A stretch of 64,000 bases of DNA from Chlamydiia bacterium (GTDB taxonomy: Bacteria > Chlamydiota > Chlamydiia > Chlamydiales > GCA-2402025): contig JAUICV010000002.1 in the NCBI GenBank assembly GCA_030427725.1, positions 136,436 through 200,435 of the forward strand, read 5' to 3'. Positions 1 through 9,800 of this stretch are shown here, piece by piece. The notes under the pieces were generated by a model that saw only the letters and a list, made by a program, of their open reading frames with translations, did no database searches and was not told the DNA's origin. Within the stretch, counting starts at the first letter, position 1. Each line of letters opens with the position of its first letter. The position numbers were made by a program, and so were the translations under genes.

Positions 1-239
1 TGTTATTTAGAATGGAAGAACATTTCGATCCGCAAATTTATTTCCATATAGAAAGCAGCTTAAAAGCAGAAGCTAAGTTTGTTTGGCAAGCCTTTGTAGA
101 GCAGAAATTAATAGACTTTTCTACAGGACGAATAGACACCTTTTCTGAATACGAAAATAGTTTTCAACCTCTGTTCAAGAGCTATTTCGAGAGAAGAGCT
201 TCCCTTTTAGAAAAAAATCTTTTTCAAAGTTTTTCATAA
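1..239 (+). CDS. 3' end of a hypothetical protein gene (5' end probably outside the window)
   Basis: Frame is open to the window edge (no in-frame stop upstream of the ATG at 12); stop TAA 237-239. No recognisable motif. Confidence 0.3.
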   Translation, partial: LFRMEEHFDPQIYFHIESSLKAEAKFVWQAFVEQKLIDFSTGRIDTFSEYENSFQPLFKSYFERRASLLEKNLFQSFS

Positions 240-280
240 GATCGTTAAGATAGGCCAAAAAGTGATTACACAATTTGCCT

Positions 281-3200
281 ATGTCTCGACCCAATATCCC
301 TGAAAAAGCCAATAGAGTTTTAAACTACATTCTATTGGCTCTCTTTCTTATTTTATTAAGAGTTTGGTATTTAGGAATTTTTCAATATGACACCTACTTA
401 GAAATAGCAAAAAAACCAAAACAGAAAATAGAACTGATCACACCTTCAAGAGGGACTATCTACGATCGCGATCATATCGCGTTAGCAATTAATAAACTGC
501 AATATGACGCTTGTATCTTGTACGAAGACCTTCGCGAAATCCCAAGAGTCAAATGGATCAAAAAAGAAGGAAAAAAAACTAAAATTTATCCTCGGCAGGA
601 CTATATTGACAGTCTATGCCAACTCCTTTCTAAGGAACTATCACAAGATGCTCAAGAGATAAAAGATATCATTTACAGCCTAGCGGCTCTTTTCCCCTCA
701 ACCCCGATGACCTTGAAAAAGGATTTAACTGAGAGCCAGTACTATAGAATAAAAACCTTAGAGCGCACAAAAAAAGGTATCTATGCAAAAAAATCAGCAA
801 AGCGTTACTACCCCCAAGGAGCAATAGCCAGCGATCTCATAGGATATATTGGACAAGTCTCTGAAAAAGAATACTTTTACTATCAAAACACTGTAAAAAA
901 ATTACGAAAATATCTCAAAGAATACGAAGAGGGATTGCCTGTATTTCTTCCTGAAGGATACCACTCTGCAGAAGACGTAAAATTAAAGCTGAACAAATTA
1001 AACGAAAATCCATTACTACTTAGTGATATGACAGGTAAAAGCGGGTTAGAGCTGCAGTTTGATAAAGAGCTAAAAGGCCATTTTGGAACAACTCACTACG
1101 AAGTAAACAATAATGGGAAGTATCTTCGCAAACTTCCAGGATCTTGCGGCGCCATATCAGGAAAACAGATACATCTAAATCTCTCGTCAAAACTTCAAGC
1201 CCACGCTGAAAAGCTACTAGCTGAAAATGAACATCTACGCGATGTACGTTTTGAAACACTTGCAAAAGACAATCATAAAATCCCGAATCCCTGGATAAAA
1301 GGTGGCGCTATTGTCGCTTTAGATCCTAAGACAGGCCAGGTTTTGTGCATGGCCTCTTACCCCAGAATTAACGGAAATGACTTCATAGAAAAAAACAATA
1401 ATTCAACAAGGTGGCTCGAGTCCTCGCAATTTGTGGCCAATCTGTGGGATGGGATCTCATCGATGGAAAAAGAAATTTTCGATTTTAAAAGTAGCAAATA
1501 TGAAGTTAAAGAAAGAAAACTAACCTTCGAAACCTACCTCGATATGACTTTATCTCCTTACTGTCAGGTTAAGAAGTCGATAAAAAAAATCCCATCTATT
1601 CAAGAAGCTCGTAAAATAATTGAGTCCGTTGAGTCTTTACTAGATCTTTCAGAGCAACCATACATGTATGCTCTAATAGATACTATCTTCCCTAAAGACC
1701 CCTCAACAGTTTTTGGGACATCTAACAACGAACAAAACCTCATAAAAGACGCTTTAAACGAGCACCCTCAGCACGCGCAAAGCTTACTGTCTATTATCAA
1801 AACTTCATTCCAAAGCATTTCGAAAAATGATGATAAGCTATTATTTTTAGATCTTTTGAGACTTTTTTCACTGTCTAAAAATAGATTTGAAGAAGAGTCG
1901 TTTGATTTTTTATCTCTTCAACATCACTTCGAGATATCTCAAGCTTATTCTGTCATAAACAATCATCTAAAACCTCTTGCTAAAGAATGGTTTTTAGAAA
2001 ACAACTTTAAGATCTGGAGACAAGATTGCTTTTCACAGTTTTTGAAAGAAAAAAGAAAGGAAGAAAGAGAGAAAAAAACCTATCAAAGGCCCTACTTAAC
2101 CTATTTAAACCAAGCAAAAAAAGACCTTTTCGAGACTTTTTGGAATAATTACAAATGGGACTTATTTTTAGCGTTTGTCTTTGAAAAATCCTCCTCGAGC
2201 TTCGAAATTCAAAAGCACCTTCTAGCAATAGAACGCCATAAGGACCTAATTTTTACATCGTCTGAAAAGAACCCCACATTACTCTTATCTCTAGCAAAAC
2301 TTCAAAAACATCTAAAAGATTATGATGATGAGGCCAAGCTTTCTTTTTTAAAATCCCTTAGATCCTTCAAGGATTTAAAAGATCCTCTTTATGGGTACTA
2401 CAGTCAACTTCAAAAGAAAAAATTTTCACAAACTTTACAAGATTTAGCTAGAGCCTTTTACCCTCCTCGAAACTTTGCTTTTGGGAGATCTTATGCCTAT
2501 AGACAGGCTACACCACTGGGGTCTATTTTCAAGGTGGTCACAGGATACGAAGCAATCAGACAACAAACATTAAAAGACCCTTCTAAGAGCCTAAACCCTA
2601 TGACCGTCATTGATGAAACACAAGCCCGGCGAAAAAATTCCCCGCAAGTTCTTGGATTTACAAATGAAGGCAAAAAAATCCATAGACGCTACAAAGGAGG
2701 CACCCTTCCTAGATCTCACGATAGGCTCGGAAAAATTGATTATTTACTGGCTATGCAACGCTCTAGCAATATTTACTTCTCTCTTCTTGCTGCAGACGTT
2801 ATTGAAGATCCAAACGACTTAGTCACAGCTTCAATGAACTTTGGATTTGGATCGCGAACTGGCATTGATCTTCCAGGAGAAATCGCAGGTATCTTACCTC
2901 AAGATTTATCAAAAAATAAAAGCGGGCTCTATTCATTTGCTATTGGTCAACACTCTTTGATAGCTACGCCTCTTCAAACAGCTATCATGCTCAGCTCTCT
3001 TTGCAACGATGGGCACATTTTAAAACCTCAGATTATTCATAAAACTATTGGGAAAGAAGCTAAGTCTTTGAGTTGGGAAGACTCTAGTACAGGCTTTCTC
3101 TACGAGAACTATCTAAAATCTGTAGGAATTTATTTCCCTTTCTTTTTTGAAACTCATAAACAAGATGAAGAAGCTCTTACGACCCGGTATAAAAGACAAC

Positions 3201-3604
3201 TTCTTAAGAAAATCTATCTTCCAAAACACATTAAAACCTACCTTCTACAAAGCTTACATGGCGTTGTTTCTTCAGTAAAAGGATCCGCAAGGCCTCAGGC
3301 TATCAAATATCTTCGAAGAAATAATAAAGCATTTAGAAACTACGTTAAGCTACGCCATCAGTTAGCAGGAAAAACCTCTACTGCTGAGATTATGTATAAC
3401 CCTACCTTAGACAGGGAGTGTCCACCTCTTCTTACTAAAGATATTTGGTTTGGTGGTATTTCTTTCAAAGAAGATGACTCCAAATCAAAAGTTCCCGAGC
3501 TTGTAGTTGTTGTCTATTTAAGATTTGGAGACTACGGAAAGGAAGCCGCTCCATTAGCATCAGAGATTATCCACGAATACAGAAATCTGTGCCAATCTAA
3601 TTAG
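281..3604 (+). CDS. pbp2: Penicillin-binding protein 2 (class B transpeptidase), long chlamydial-type form
   Basis: ORF track starts at TTG 275; first ATG is 281. N-terminal TM helix (VLNYILLALFLILLRVWYLGIF) and PBP-dimerisation-like segment GTIYDRDHIALAINK. Transpeptidase motifs SxxK (SIFK), SxN (SSN) and KTG-like (KTST, Gly to Ser). About 1100 aa with large insertions, as I recall for Chlamydia PBP2. Confidence 0.85.
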   Translation: MSRPNIPEKANRVLNYILLALFLILLRVWYLGIFQYDTYLEIAKKPKQKIELITPSRGTIYDRDHIALAINKLQYDACILYEDLREIPRVKWIKKEGKKTKIYPRQDYIDSLCQLLSKELSQDAQEIKDIIYSLAALFPSTPMTLKKDLTESQYYRIKTLERTKKGIYAKKSAKRYYPQGAIASDLIGYIGQVSEKEYFYYQNTVKKLRKYLKEYEEGLPVFLPEGYHSAEDVKLKLNKLNENPLLLSDMTGKSGLELQFDKELKGHFGTTHYEVNNNGKYLRKLPGSCGAISGKQIHLNLSSKLQAHAEKLLAENEHLRDVRFETLAKDNHKIPNPWIKGGAIVALDPKTGQVLCMASYPRINGNDFIEKNNNSTRWLESSQFVANLWDGISSMEKEIFDFKSSKYEVKERKLTFETYLDMTLSPYCQVKKSIKKIPSIQEARKIIESVESLLDLSEQPYMYALIDTIFPKDPSTVFGTSNNEQNLIKDALNEHPQHAQSLLSIIKTSFQSISKNDDKLLFLDLLRLFSLSKNRFEEESFDFLSLQHHFEISQAYSVINNHLKPLAKEWFLENNFKIWRQDCFSQFLKEKRKEEREKKTYQRPYLTYLNQAKKDLFETFWNNYKWDLFLAFVFEKSSSSFEIQKHLLAIERHKDLIFTSSEKNPTLLLSLAKLQKHLKDYDDEAKLSFLKSLRSFKDLKDPLYGYYSQLQKKKFSQTLQDLARAFYPPRNFAFGRSYAYRQATPLGSIFKVVTGYEAIRQQTLKDPSKSLNPMTVIDETQARRKNSPQVLGFTNEGKKIHRRYKGGTLPRSHDRLGKIDYLLAMQRSSNIYFSLLAADVIEDPNDLVTASMNFGFGSRTGIDLPGEIAGILPQDLSKNKSGLYSFAIGQHSLIATPLQTAIMLSSLCNDGHILKPQIIHKTIGKEAKSLSWEDSSTGFLYENYLKSVGIYFPFFFETHKQDEEALTTRYKRQLLKKIYLPKHIKTYLLQSLHGVVSSVKGSARPQAIKYLRRNNKAFRNYVKLRHQLAGKTSTAEIMYNPTLDRECPPLLTKDIWFGGISFKEDDSKSKVPELVVVVYLRFGDYGKEAAPLASEIIHEYRNLCQSN

Positions 3605-4592
3605 AGTTTACAGAAACATCATCTATTACAAGAGCTTGTTTGTAAAAATTTATAGTTTTTCCCAAACCTTGCTCTAAGGATATTTTTGGCTGCCAGCCTA
3701 AAATATTTTTTGCTTTGGAAATATCTGGACATCTTAGTTGAGGATCATCTTTTGGCAACGGGTGAAATTTAATTTCTGATGATGAACAGCTCATAGCTAT
3801 GATTTTTTCTGCCAGCTCTTTTATAGAGATCTCTTCTGGATTCCCAAGGTTCATAGGCCCCTTGCACTCATCTTGATTCATAAAAGCTAGAATCGCTTCG
3901 ATTAAATCCTCAACATAACAAAAAGATCTTGTTTGTAAGCCATCGCCATAAATTGTTAGAGGTTTATCTTGCAAAGATTGACAGATCAAATTAGAGATAA
4001 CTCTTCCATCATCTTTATCCATAAAAGGTCCGTATGTATTAAAAATACGCCCTATCCTGATATCAACTCCAAAGAGATTTGAGTATTCCATAAAAAGTGT
4101 TTCTGACAGTCTCTTAGACTCATCATAGCAAGCTCTCGGCCCGACAGTATTTACAGACCCTAGATACGTTTCCTTTTGAGGGTGCTGTTTTGGATCACCG
4201 TAAATTTCACTTGTAGAAGAAAAGAAAATTTTTGCTTTGTTTTTTTTAGCAATCTCTAAAGTATTTTTCGCACCTAAAAAAGACGTTTCAATTGTCTTAA
4301 TGGGATCTTTTTGGTAATACTTCGGAGACGCCGGACAAGCTAGATGATAAATTTCATCACACTGAATATCAATTGGAGTTCTAATGTCGTGCTCAATGAT
4401 CTGAATGTTATCTTGAATCTCTTCTAAGTTTTTATAAGAGCCTGATGAAAAATCATCTATGGCAATAACTCTATGATCTAGATCTAACAGCTTCCTGCAA
4501 AGGTGCGACCCAATAAATCCTGCCGCTCCAGTTACTAAAACTGTTTTTTTTTCAGATAGTTTCTCATTATATCCAGAATACCCTTCAGCCAT
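3597..4592 (-). CDS. UDP-glucuronate decarboxylase (UDP-xylose synthase), extended SDR
   Basis: Rossmann motif VLVTGAAGFIGSHL; YDESKR (YxxxK); STSEIYGDP, GPRACYDE, RIFNTYGP and DGRVISN all match the UXS family closely. ORF track start 4658 is TTG; ATG at 4592 (MAEGYSGY...) gives a normal ~331-aa length. The 3' end overlaps the pbp2 3' end by 8 nt (convergent). Confidence 0.85.
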   Translation of the reverse strand: MAEGYSGYNEKLSEKKTVLVTGAAGFIGSHLCRKLLDLDHRVIAIDDFSSGSYKNLEEIQDNIQIIEHDIRTPIDIQCDEIYHLACPASPKYYQKDPIKTIETSFLGAKNTLEIAKKNKAKIFFSSTSEIYGDPKQHPQKETYLGSVNTVGPRACYDESKRLSETLFMEYSNLFGVDIRIGRIFNTYGPFMDKDDGRVISNLICQSLQDKPLTIYGDGLQTRSFCYVEDLIEAILAFMNQDECKGPMNLGNPEEISIKELAEKIIAMSCSSSEIKFHPLPKDDPQLRCPDISKAKNILGWQPKISLEQGLGKTINFYKQALVIDDVSVNSN

Positions 4593-4675
4593 AAAGCACC
4601 AAAAACATAGTATGTAAGTTGATATCACAAACACTTTTCTTCTCACAATACCTTCCAAATGTCAAAAAAAACCAC

Positions 4676-7606
4676 TTATAGTTTCATTTTAGAAAAGAGC
4701 AATCCGAAATTTTTTTTCTCTCCCACAAAAGACTGTAGATCATCTATAGACTCATTGTTTAGTGAAAGAACAGAAAAATCAGCCTTGTGAAATAAGTTTT
4801 TAGAAAAGGAGGTGTTATAGCCTTCTTTTGTTACCAAAAACACCACGTCATATCTTTTTTTCCAGGACTCTAATAGCTGCCCAAAAAATGGTCTTGCTAA
4901 AAGCTCCGTAAGATATTTTGTCTCTCCACCTAAGGGTAGCTTATGAATTTTTCCTATTTTTTCATAAACCAAAGTATCTTCAGCTTCTAAGATAGCGTGT
5001 AAGAGCCCCCCTTCAGATTCCTTACCTGAAAAAAGCTCAACAATTAAAACCTTTTGATCCGAGAGACTCATAAGATGAGCTAAAAAGATCTCATAAGAGG
5101 GCCCTTGCCTTTGAAATAACGAGACTACCTTAACGGGGTTTTGTCTGATCTGGCAGCAGATATTTCTAAGGGACTTAAGATCTCTATCACCTAGAGTTGT
5201 AAAGTCTTCCTGTAGCTTATTTTCATCATACTGCCCAAAAACAAGAACGTTTCTATCCTCTGCTCCAGCTAGCGATAGAACCAATCCTTTTCTAATACGA
5301 AAGAAAAGAAAAACCGTTAAATAAATCAAAGATGAAAAAATAGCTCCAATAACAGACCAAAGCACTGGCCTTCGTTTTATTGGGGCTAAGGAAGCCTCAG
5401 CCAAATCCACAGGACCTGATCCAATTTGCATGAGATGATGATCAATATTTTTTGATTCCACAAGTCTTGTAATACTTTCCATTGTTGCAAGGTTCAAATC
5501 TGCATCGAATTTCAATTCATTTTCCAATAGCCATTTCTGAGGAATAGATCGTGATTTTTGTTTTATCTCTGAAAGTTTTTCTTCAATAAATTCTTTTTCT
5601 TTTCTAAGAGATGAGACTTCTTGATTCACTTGTTTTTTTATTTGATTTTCTATGAGAGCTATCTCAGTTTCGAGCTGTTGAAATTGAGCTTTTTTAATTG
5701 CCTTTAGCTTTTTTTCACCTATCTCTTTTTGAGACTCAAATAGCTTTTTTTGATATCTCAAATATTCAATAAAAAGCCTTTCTTCTAACTTAAGCTTTTT
5801 TACAAGCCTTTGCTTTTCCTTTAAGGTCAACATTGATTGGTCTTTTAATTCATCTGAGACCTTAATCAACACCTGTAACTTTTGAAGCCCCTTTTGGGGA
5901 AGGTTTGTTGTTGCTAGCGCATTTGGGTCATATTTTTTTATCTGAAGATGCTCTAAGGCCAGGTCAATTTGTTGAGTTTGTAGTTTTAGTTGCTCTAAAA
6001 GATCTATTGTCTCAACGCAAAGTTTATCAATTGTTTTTAAATCAAGCCCTGCAAAAGCTTTATCGTCTGAACCTTTTTTATAAAAGGGGCTACTCAGCAG
6101 TCTTTCTTCTAACTGAACCATCTCAAGATAAGATTCTAAATAACCCTGAATCAGTTTTGTTTCTGTATTTTTCGCTGATAATAAAGTCGCTTTATCAAAG
6201 ACATTTGAAAAACTAGTCCTTTCTAGATGAATACTTTCACCCATTTTAAGTTGTCTAAGGAGTGTTTTAGCTTCTATTTTCAAGCGAGCTATCCTATCCA
6301 ATTCGCTTACCTTATTTTGGATAGCATCCTCATCATTTTGCTTTTTCAGCGAAAATTTCTGTTTGATCTCTTGAAGGCCTGGAAAAAATTCCTTATAAAT
6401 CGAGCTTGAAAAGATCTTGCTTTCTGGTTTTTGTAACCTAACAAACCCTAAAAAAGGCTCTTTTTCATGAGAGTTTTTTATATAGTCAGATAAATCTTTA
6501 GAAAAACCTCTATGTAAAAAGGCTGCTTTTCTCTTTTTTAACTCCGTAAGCTGAGCTCTCTCTCCAAAATTTTCATTAAGGGGACATTGTGACCCTTCAA
6601 TATGTGATAACTTCAAGCTAAGTCTTGTTAGATCTTTTAGAAGAACTTTTTTTCGCTCTTCAAACAGTTTCATTTGTTGGTTCAAACTAAAAAAGGCTTC
6701 CCCTCCATACTGGGACTTAATGTACCCTTTGTAGTTTTCCAGGCTTTGCTTTAGACTTTTCTTAATTTCTTCTTGTCGCTTTGCAAGAAAATTTAATTGC
6801 TCAACAGAGATTTTTTTATGATCAGATGCTAAATAGTCTTTATAGGTCTCCATATGAGTATTTAGAACTTTTGCAGCTAGAGCGCTATCTGTAGATCTGA
6901 AGCTCAAATCCAAAAGCCTTGGTTCATCTTTTCTAACTTTAATATTGAGGCTTTTAAAAAACGTTTTCAGAGCATCTTCTTTTGTCATGATTTTTAGAAG
7001 GTAAGTCTTCCCAAAAGACTTAAAATCTTTGGGGACATGAACTGAAAAGCTACAGTTTTCTACCCGAATTTTTTCTCGCAACAAGCCTTTGTAAATAAGC
7101 TTAGAACCCTTTTTAATTTCAAGGTGATGAGGGTCTTTGATTGTTACAAATAAAAAGAGGGTATCTTCCAAATTTGCTGAAAGATCCTTAATCTGAAACA
7201 GCGTTTTTTTTGATAGTTTTTTCCTAAAAAAAAGCGTCCCATTTTGAAAAAGGTCCTCCTTGATCTTTATGAGCGAATTTTCTGGGTAAACCTGCGCCTT
7301 TAAGGAAAGTTTATCGATCGTTTTAGAAGCCAAATTTTTTGAAAGCATTAGCTGCTGAGAGTAATTTCCAATCTCCGATGTCGCACTTAAATTAGTCAGC
7401 TGTTTCAAAAAATTCGCAGAGTTTGTTCCCTGCGATGCACTTGACTCTTTAAATACAGCTTTCGATTGATACTGGGGCTCTACTAGAAAAAACGTAAGTA
7501 TCAATACAAAAAAGGACAATGTAAACCACAAAAAAACCTTTTTTGATTTGTTTTTAATTTCTAGAGTTACATCAGAAATATGTACAAATTCTAGATGCTC
7601 TTTCAT
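4676..7606 (-). CDS. Polysaccharide co-polymerase (Wzc/PCP-2a-like) with long coiled-coil periplasmic region and degenerate C-terminal kinase-like domain
   Basis: Wzz-like N-terminus with TM1 (VFLWFTLSFFVLILTFFLV...PQYQSKAVFKE), ~690-aa helical/coiled-coil region, TM2 (VLWSVIGAIFSSLIYLTVFLFF), ~210-aa cytoplasmic domain. ATG at 7606 overlaps the wza-like stop as ATGA; track start 7639 is TTG. Confidence 0.65.
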   Translation of the reverse strand: MKEHLEFVHISDVTLEIKNKSKKVFLWFTLSFFVLILTFFLVEPQYQSKAVFKESSASQGTNSANFLKQLTNLSATSEIGNYSQQLMLSKNLASKTIDKLSLKAQVYPENSLIKIKEDLFQNGTLFFRKKLSKKTLFQIKDLSANLEDTLFLFVTIKDPHHLEIKKGSKLIYKGLLREKIRVENCSFSVHVPKDFKSFGKTYLLKIMTKEDALKTFFKSLNIKVRKDEPRLLDLSFRSTDSALAAKVLNTHMETYKDYLASDHKKISVEQLNFLAKRQEEIKKSLKQSLENYKGYIKSQYGGEAFFSLNQQMKLFEERKKVLLKDLTRLSLKLSHIEGSQCPLNENFGERAQLTELKKRKAAFLHRGFSKDLSDYIKNSHEKEPFLGFVRLQKPESKIFSSSIYKEFFPGLQEIKQKFSLKKQNDEDAIQNKVSELDRIARLKIEAKTLLRQLKMGESIHLERTSFSNVFDKATLLSAKNTETKLIQGYLESYLEMVQLEERLLSSPFYKKGSDDKAFAGLDLKTIDKLCVETIDLLEQLKLQTQQIDLALEHLQIKKYDPNALATTNLPQKGLQKLQVLIKVSDELKDQSMLTLKEKQRLVKKLKLEERLFIEYLRYQKKLFESQKEIGEKKLKAIKKAQFQQLETEIALIENQIKKQVNQEVSSLRKEKEFIEEKLSEIKQKSRSIPQKWLLENELKFDADLNLATMESITRLVESKNIDHHLMQIGSGPVDLAEASLAPIKRRPVLWSVIGAIFSSLIYLTVFLFFRIRKGLVLSLAGAEDRNVLVFGQYDENKLQEDFTTLGDRDLKSLRNICCQIRQNPVKVVSLFQRQGPSYEIFLAHLMSLSDQKVLIVELFSGKESEGGLLHAILEAEDTLVYEKIGKIHKLPLGGETKYLTELLARPFFGQLLESWKKRYDVVFLVTKEGYNTSFSKNLFHKADFSVLSLNNESIDDLQSFVGEKKNFGLLFSKMKL

Positions 7607-8670
7607 GGCAATGCAATAACCCCTGTCATACTTCTGCAAAATAAATCTATGGCTGTAAAGCTTGGGAATAGCTGAGATATAAATCTATTCCATTCTGTTA
7701 TCGGAGTTGCTGCAACATAGACAATGTCTCCAGGAATGAGTAATAAACTCTTCGAAGGAAGCCTTACAATATGCTTCCAATGAAGGGTATAAATTTTTGG
7801 CTTTAGGATATTTCCTCTAATCACTTGGATAAAAGAACGGTCTCCCGTAAATGGGATCCCTCCAGCTTTTGCTAAGGCTTCTCTAAGCGGGATGGATCCG
7901 CTAGTTACTGGAACCAACCCTCTTTGAACTACCTCTCCAAGCATCATCACATTAGAAGATGTTGGACTAGCTATATAAATTTTATCCCCACCTTTCATTA
8001 CAATGTTTTGTGACATATCTCCCTTAAGGAGTAGTTTGCTTAAGTCTACTGGCACAAAATGGTCTTTTCTTACAACGTAACTTAAAAACAAATTGGCGCT
8101 TGTCGGGACTTGCGCTCTAGAGACAACATCAAAAAGTCTGGTTTTCCCATCAATTGGAATTGAAGGTGTTTTAACTTCACCTGCAAGCTCCACTCTTTTC
8201 TCTAATCGATCTTTATAACTTAAAAAAATTTGAGCATCTTCTAGCTCTTCTTTATAAGCTAAATCAATTCTATTTTTTGCCTGTTCTATACTGAGCCCTT
8301 GAACTTTAATAAGGCCAAGATCCGGCAGGTTTATCGTCCCTTCTACAACTTGAAACCCTACCCCAGATTTTATTCTCTCAATTGCTGAGATCAAATCATT
8401 TCTAGTTGGGTGATATAACGAGATATTTAAAACATCCCCTTCTTCAATCACGTCATGATGCTCATCTAACAAAGCTGGATCTAAGTCTTCGATTTTAGCC
8501 CCTTCCATCTCTAGAATTGCATATTTACCATCTTGAATCTTGTATGAATCTAAAACTAGCTCTTCAGCTCCAAAGTGTTTATCTGAAAAATATGGCGGGG
8601 CTGAGGAGCAACTGGTTAACAAAACACCCAAGAAACCAATCACAAAATGCCACCGAAAAAGATTTTTCAT
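7603..8670 (-). CDS. wza: Outer-membrane polysaccharide export lipoprotein (Wza/OPX family)
   Basis: Signal peptide plus lipobox (FLGVLLTSC). Poly_export-like segment (EEGDVLNISLYH). Two SLBB-like segments (VELAGEVKTPSIPIDG; VMMLGEVVQRGLVPV). Confidence 0.75.
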   Translation of the reverse strand: MKNLFRWHFVIGFLGVLLTSCSSAPPYFSDKHFGAEELVLDSYKIQDGKYAILEMEGAKIEDLDPALLDEHHDVIEEGDVLNISLYHPTRNDLISAIERIKSGVGFQVVEGTINLPDLGLIKVQGLSIEQAKNRIDLAYKEELEDAQIFLSYKDRLEKRVELAGEVKTPSIPIDGKTRLFDVVSRAQVPTSANLFLSYVVRKDHFVPVDLSKLLLKGDMSQNIVMKGGDKIYIASPTSSNVMMLGEVVQRGLVPVTSGSIPLREALAKAGGIPFTGDRSFIQVIRGNILKPKIYTLHWKHIVRLPSKSLLLIPGDIVYVAATPITEWNRFISQLFPSFTAIDLFCRSMTGVIALP

Positions 8671-8791
8671 AGTTAGGCTCGTAAAATATTAATTCGGGTG
8701 AAGATAGCAAATCTTATCGATTTCGATAAAGCAGATAGAACGTTAAAGAGGATTCTTTGTTGTCAGACTTTTGAGACAGGGCTTTTAAAAG

Positions 8792-9799
8792 CTACGCCAT
8801 GTGACCGCTTAATAAGTCTTCTGGAGTCGACCTAATATCCATCCCAAGGTATTTCATGCAGCTCCCGATACTATAATCGTGAGACTTTGAGCGATCTTCG
8901 TAGGCTGTTGGTATCATAAATTTCTCTCCAAACCGACCAGGTGTTTTAATGCAAAAAATAGATGAAGCAACATCTAATACGGTATAAATTTTTCTGTCAC
9001 TAACCCAATCACTTTTGACAGTGAGATGTGTGATAAGATCTCTGGCTTTTTTTAGTTTTTTTCTTCCCAATTTTTGTTGCAACCCAGCTCCTAGTTGAAG
9101 AGAATTTGTACAAAACGCTTCTGTGTCATTATTCAATGCCACATAAGAAGCAATGGAGCCTCCAAAACATTGACCAGTGAGTATGATATTTTTCCCCTTT
9201 AATCTCGGATCTTTCATAAGATCCTTAAAGAGAACTTCTGCTTGAAGATAGACCTTTGGAGTGATACCCGTCATATTCCCCATAGCACTCCAATACATTT
9301 TGAGATGAAGGCTTTTCTTCATTTTGTCGTCAGATACTTCAGAATGATGTGACCTCAATGCTCCAAAAGAAATGATGACCTTATTTTCTTTTAAAGAAAC
9401 TGCGGCTTTTAAACCGGATTTAGGATCAAAAAAACAGAGATCCTTTTTCTCAAGCCCAGAGCTAGAAATGGCAAACGACTTTGGAGGTAGCACTTCATAT
9501 CCGAATGGCTCAATCCATTTTTTATCCGAAGAGTGAACTAAGGCAGTTGAGCACACTAGATCCATATTTTTAAGTAGCTTGTCTTTCGGGTAAAAACCTT
9601 TATGGAAAAATTGATGATTCAGACCAAATTTTGTCCCCACATATCTAACTGGGAATAAAAGAGTGTCTTTTAGAAAAACTACAAAAGCTTTTATCGCTCT
9701 ATAAGCAACCAAACAGATTTGCTTAAGTTTTTGCGAAGTGTTACTATTTTCTTGCTGAAAATGATCAATCTGAGAGTATGGAATTGAGCTTACTTGCAT
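8792..9799 (-). CDS. Alpha/beta-hydrolase, class-3-lipase-like fold with Cys in the nucleophile elbow
   Basis: ISFGAL...ILTGQCFGGSIASYVAL resembles lipase_3 (FRGT...GHSLGGALA) but with GxCxG. Candidate Asp (KSDWVSD) and His (SKSHDYS) lie downstream. The start ATG lies 1 nt after the glgA-glgB stop. Confidence 0.45.
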   Translation of the reverse strand: MQVSSIPYSQIDHFQQENSNTSQKLKQICLVAYRAIKAFVVFLKDTLLFPVRYVGTKFGLNHQFFHKGFYPKDKLLKNMDLVCSTALVHSSDKKWIEPFGYEVLPPKSFAISSSGLEKKDLCFFDPKSGLKAAVSLKENKVIISFGALRSHHSEVSDDKMKKSLHLKMYWSAMGNMTGITPKVYLQAEVLFKDLMKDPRLKGKNIILTGQCFGGSIASYVALNNDTEAFCTNSLQLGAGLQQKLGRKKLKKARDLITHLTVKSDWVSDRKIYTVLDVASSIFCIKTPGRFGEKFMIPTAYEDRSKSHDYSIGSCMKYLGMDIRSTPEDLLSGHMA

Positions 9800-9800
9800 C

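Noticed and set aside
1020-2822. Small ORFs 1020-1265(-), 2007-2228(-) and 2610-2822(+) inside pbp2
   Set aside because: They lie antisense or out of frame within a long, motif-supported gene, and are low-complexity translations typical of AT-rich DNA.
5905-6409. ORFs 5905-6216(+) and 6227-6409(+) antisense to the Wzc-like gene
   Set aside because: They are fully embedded opposite a 977-codon ORF, with no start context or motif.
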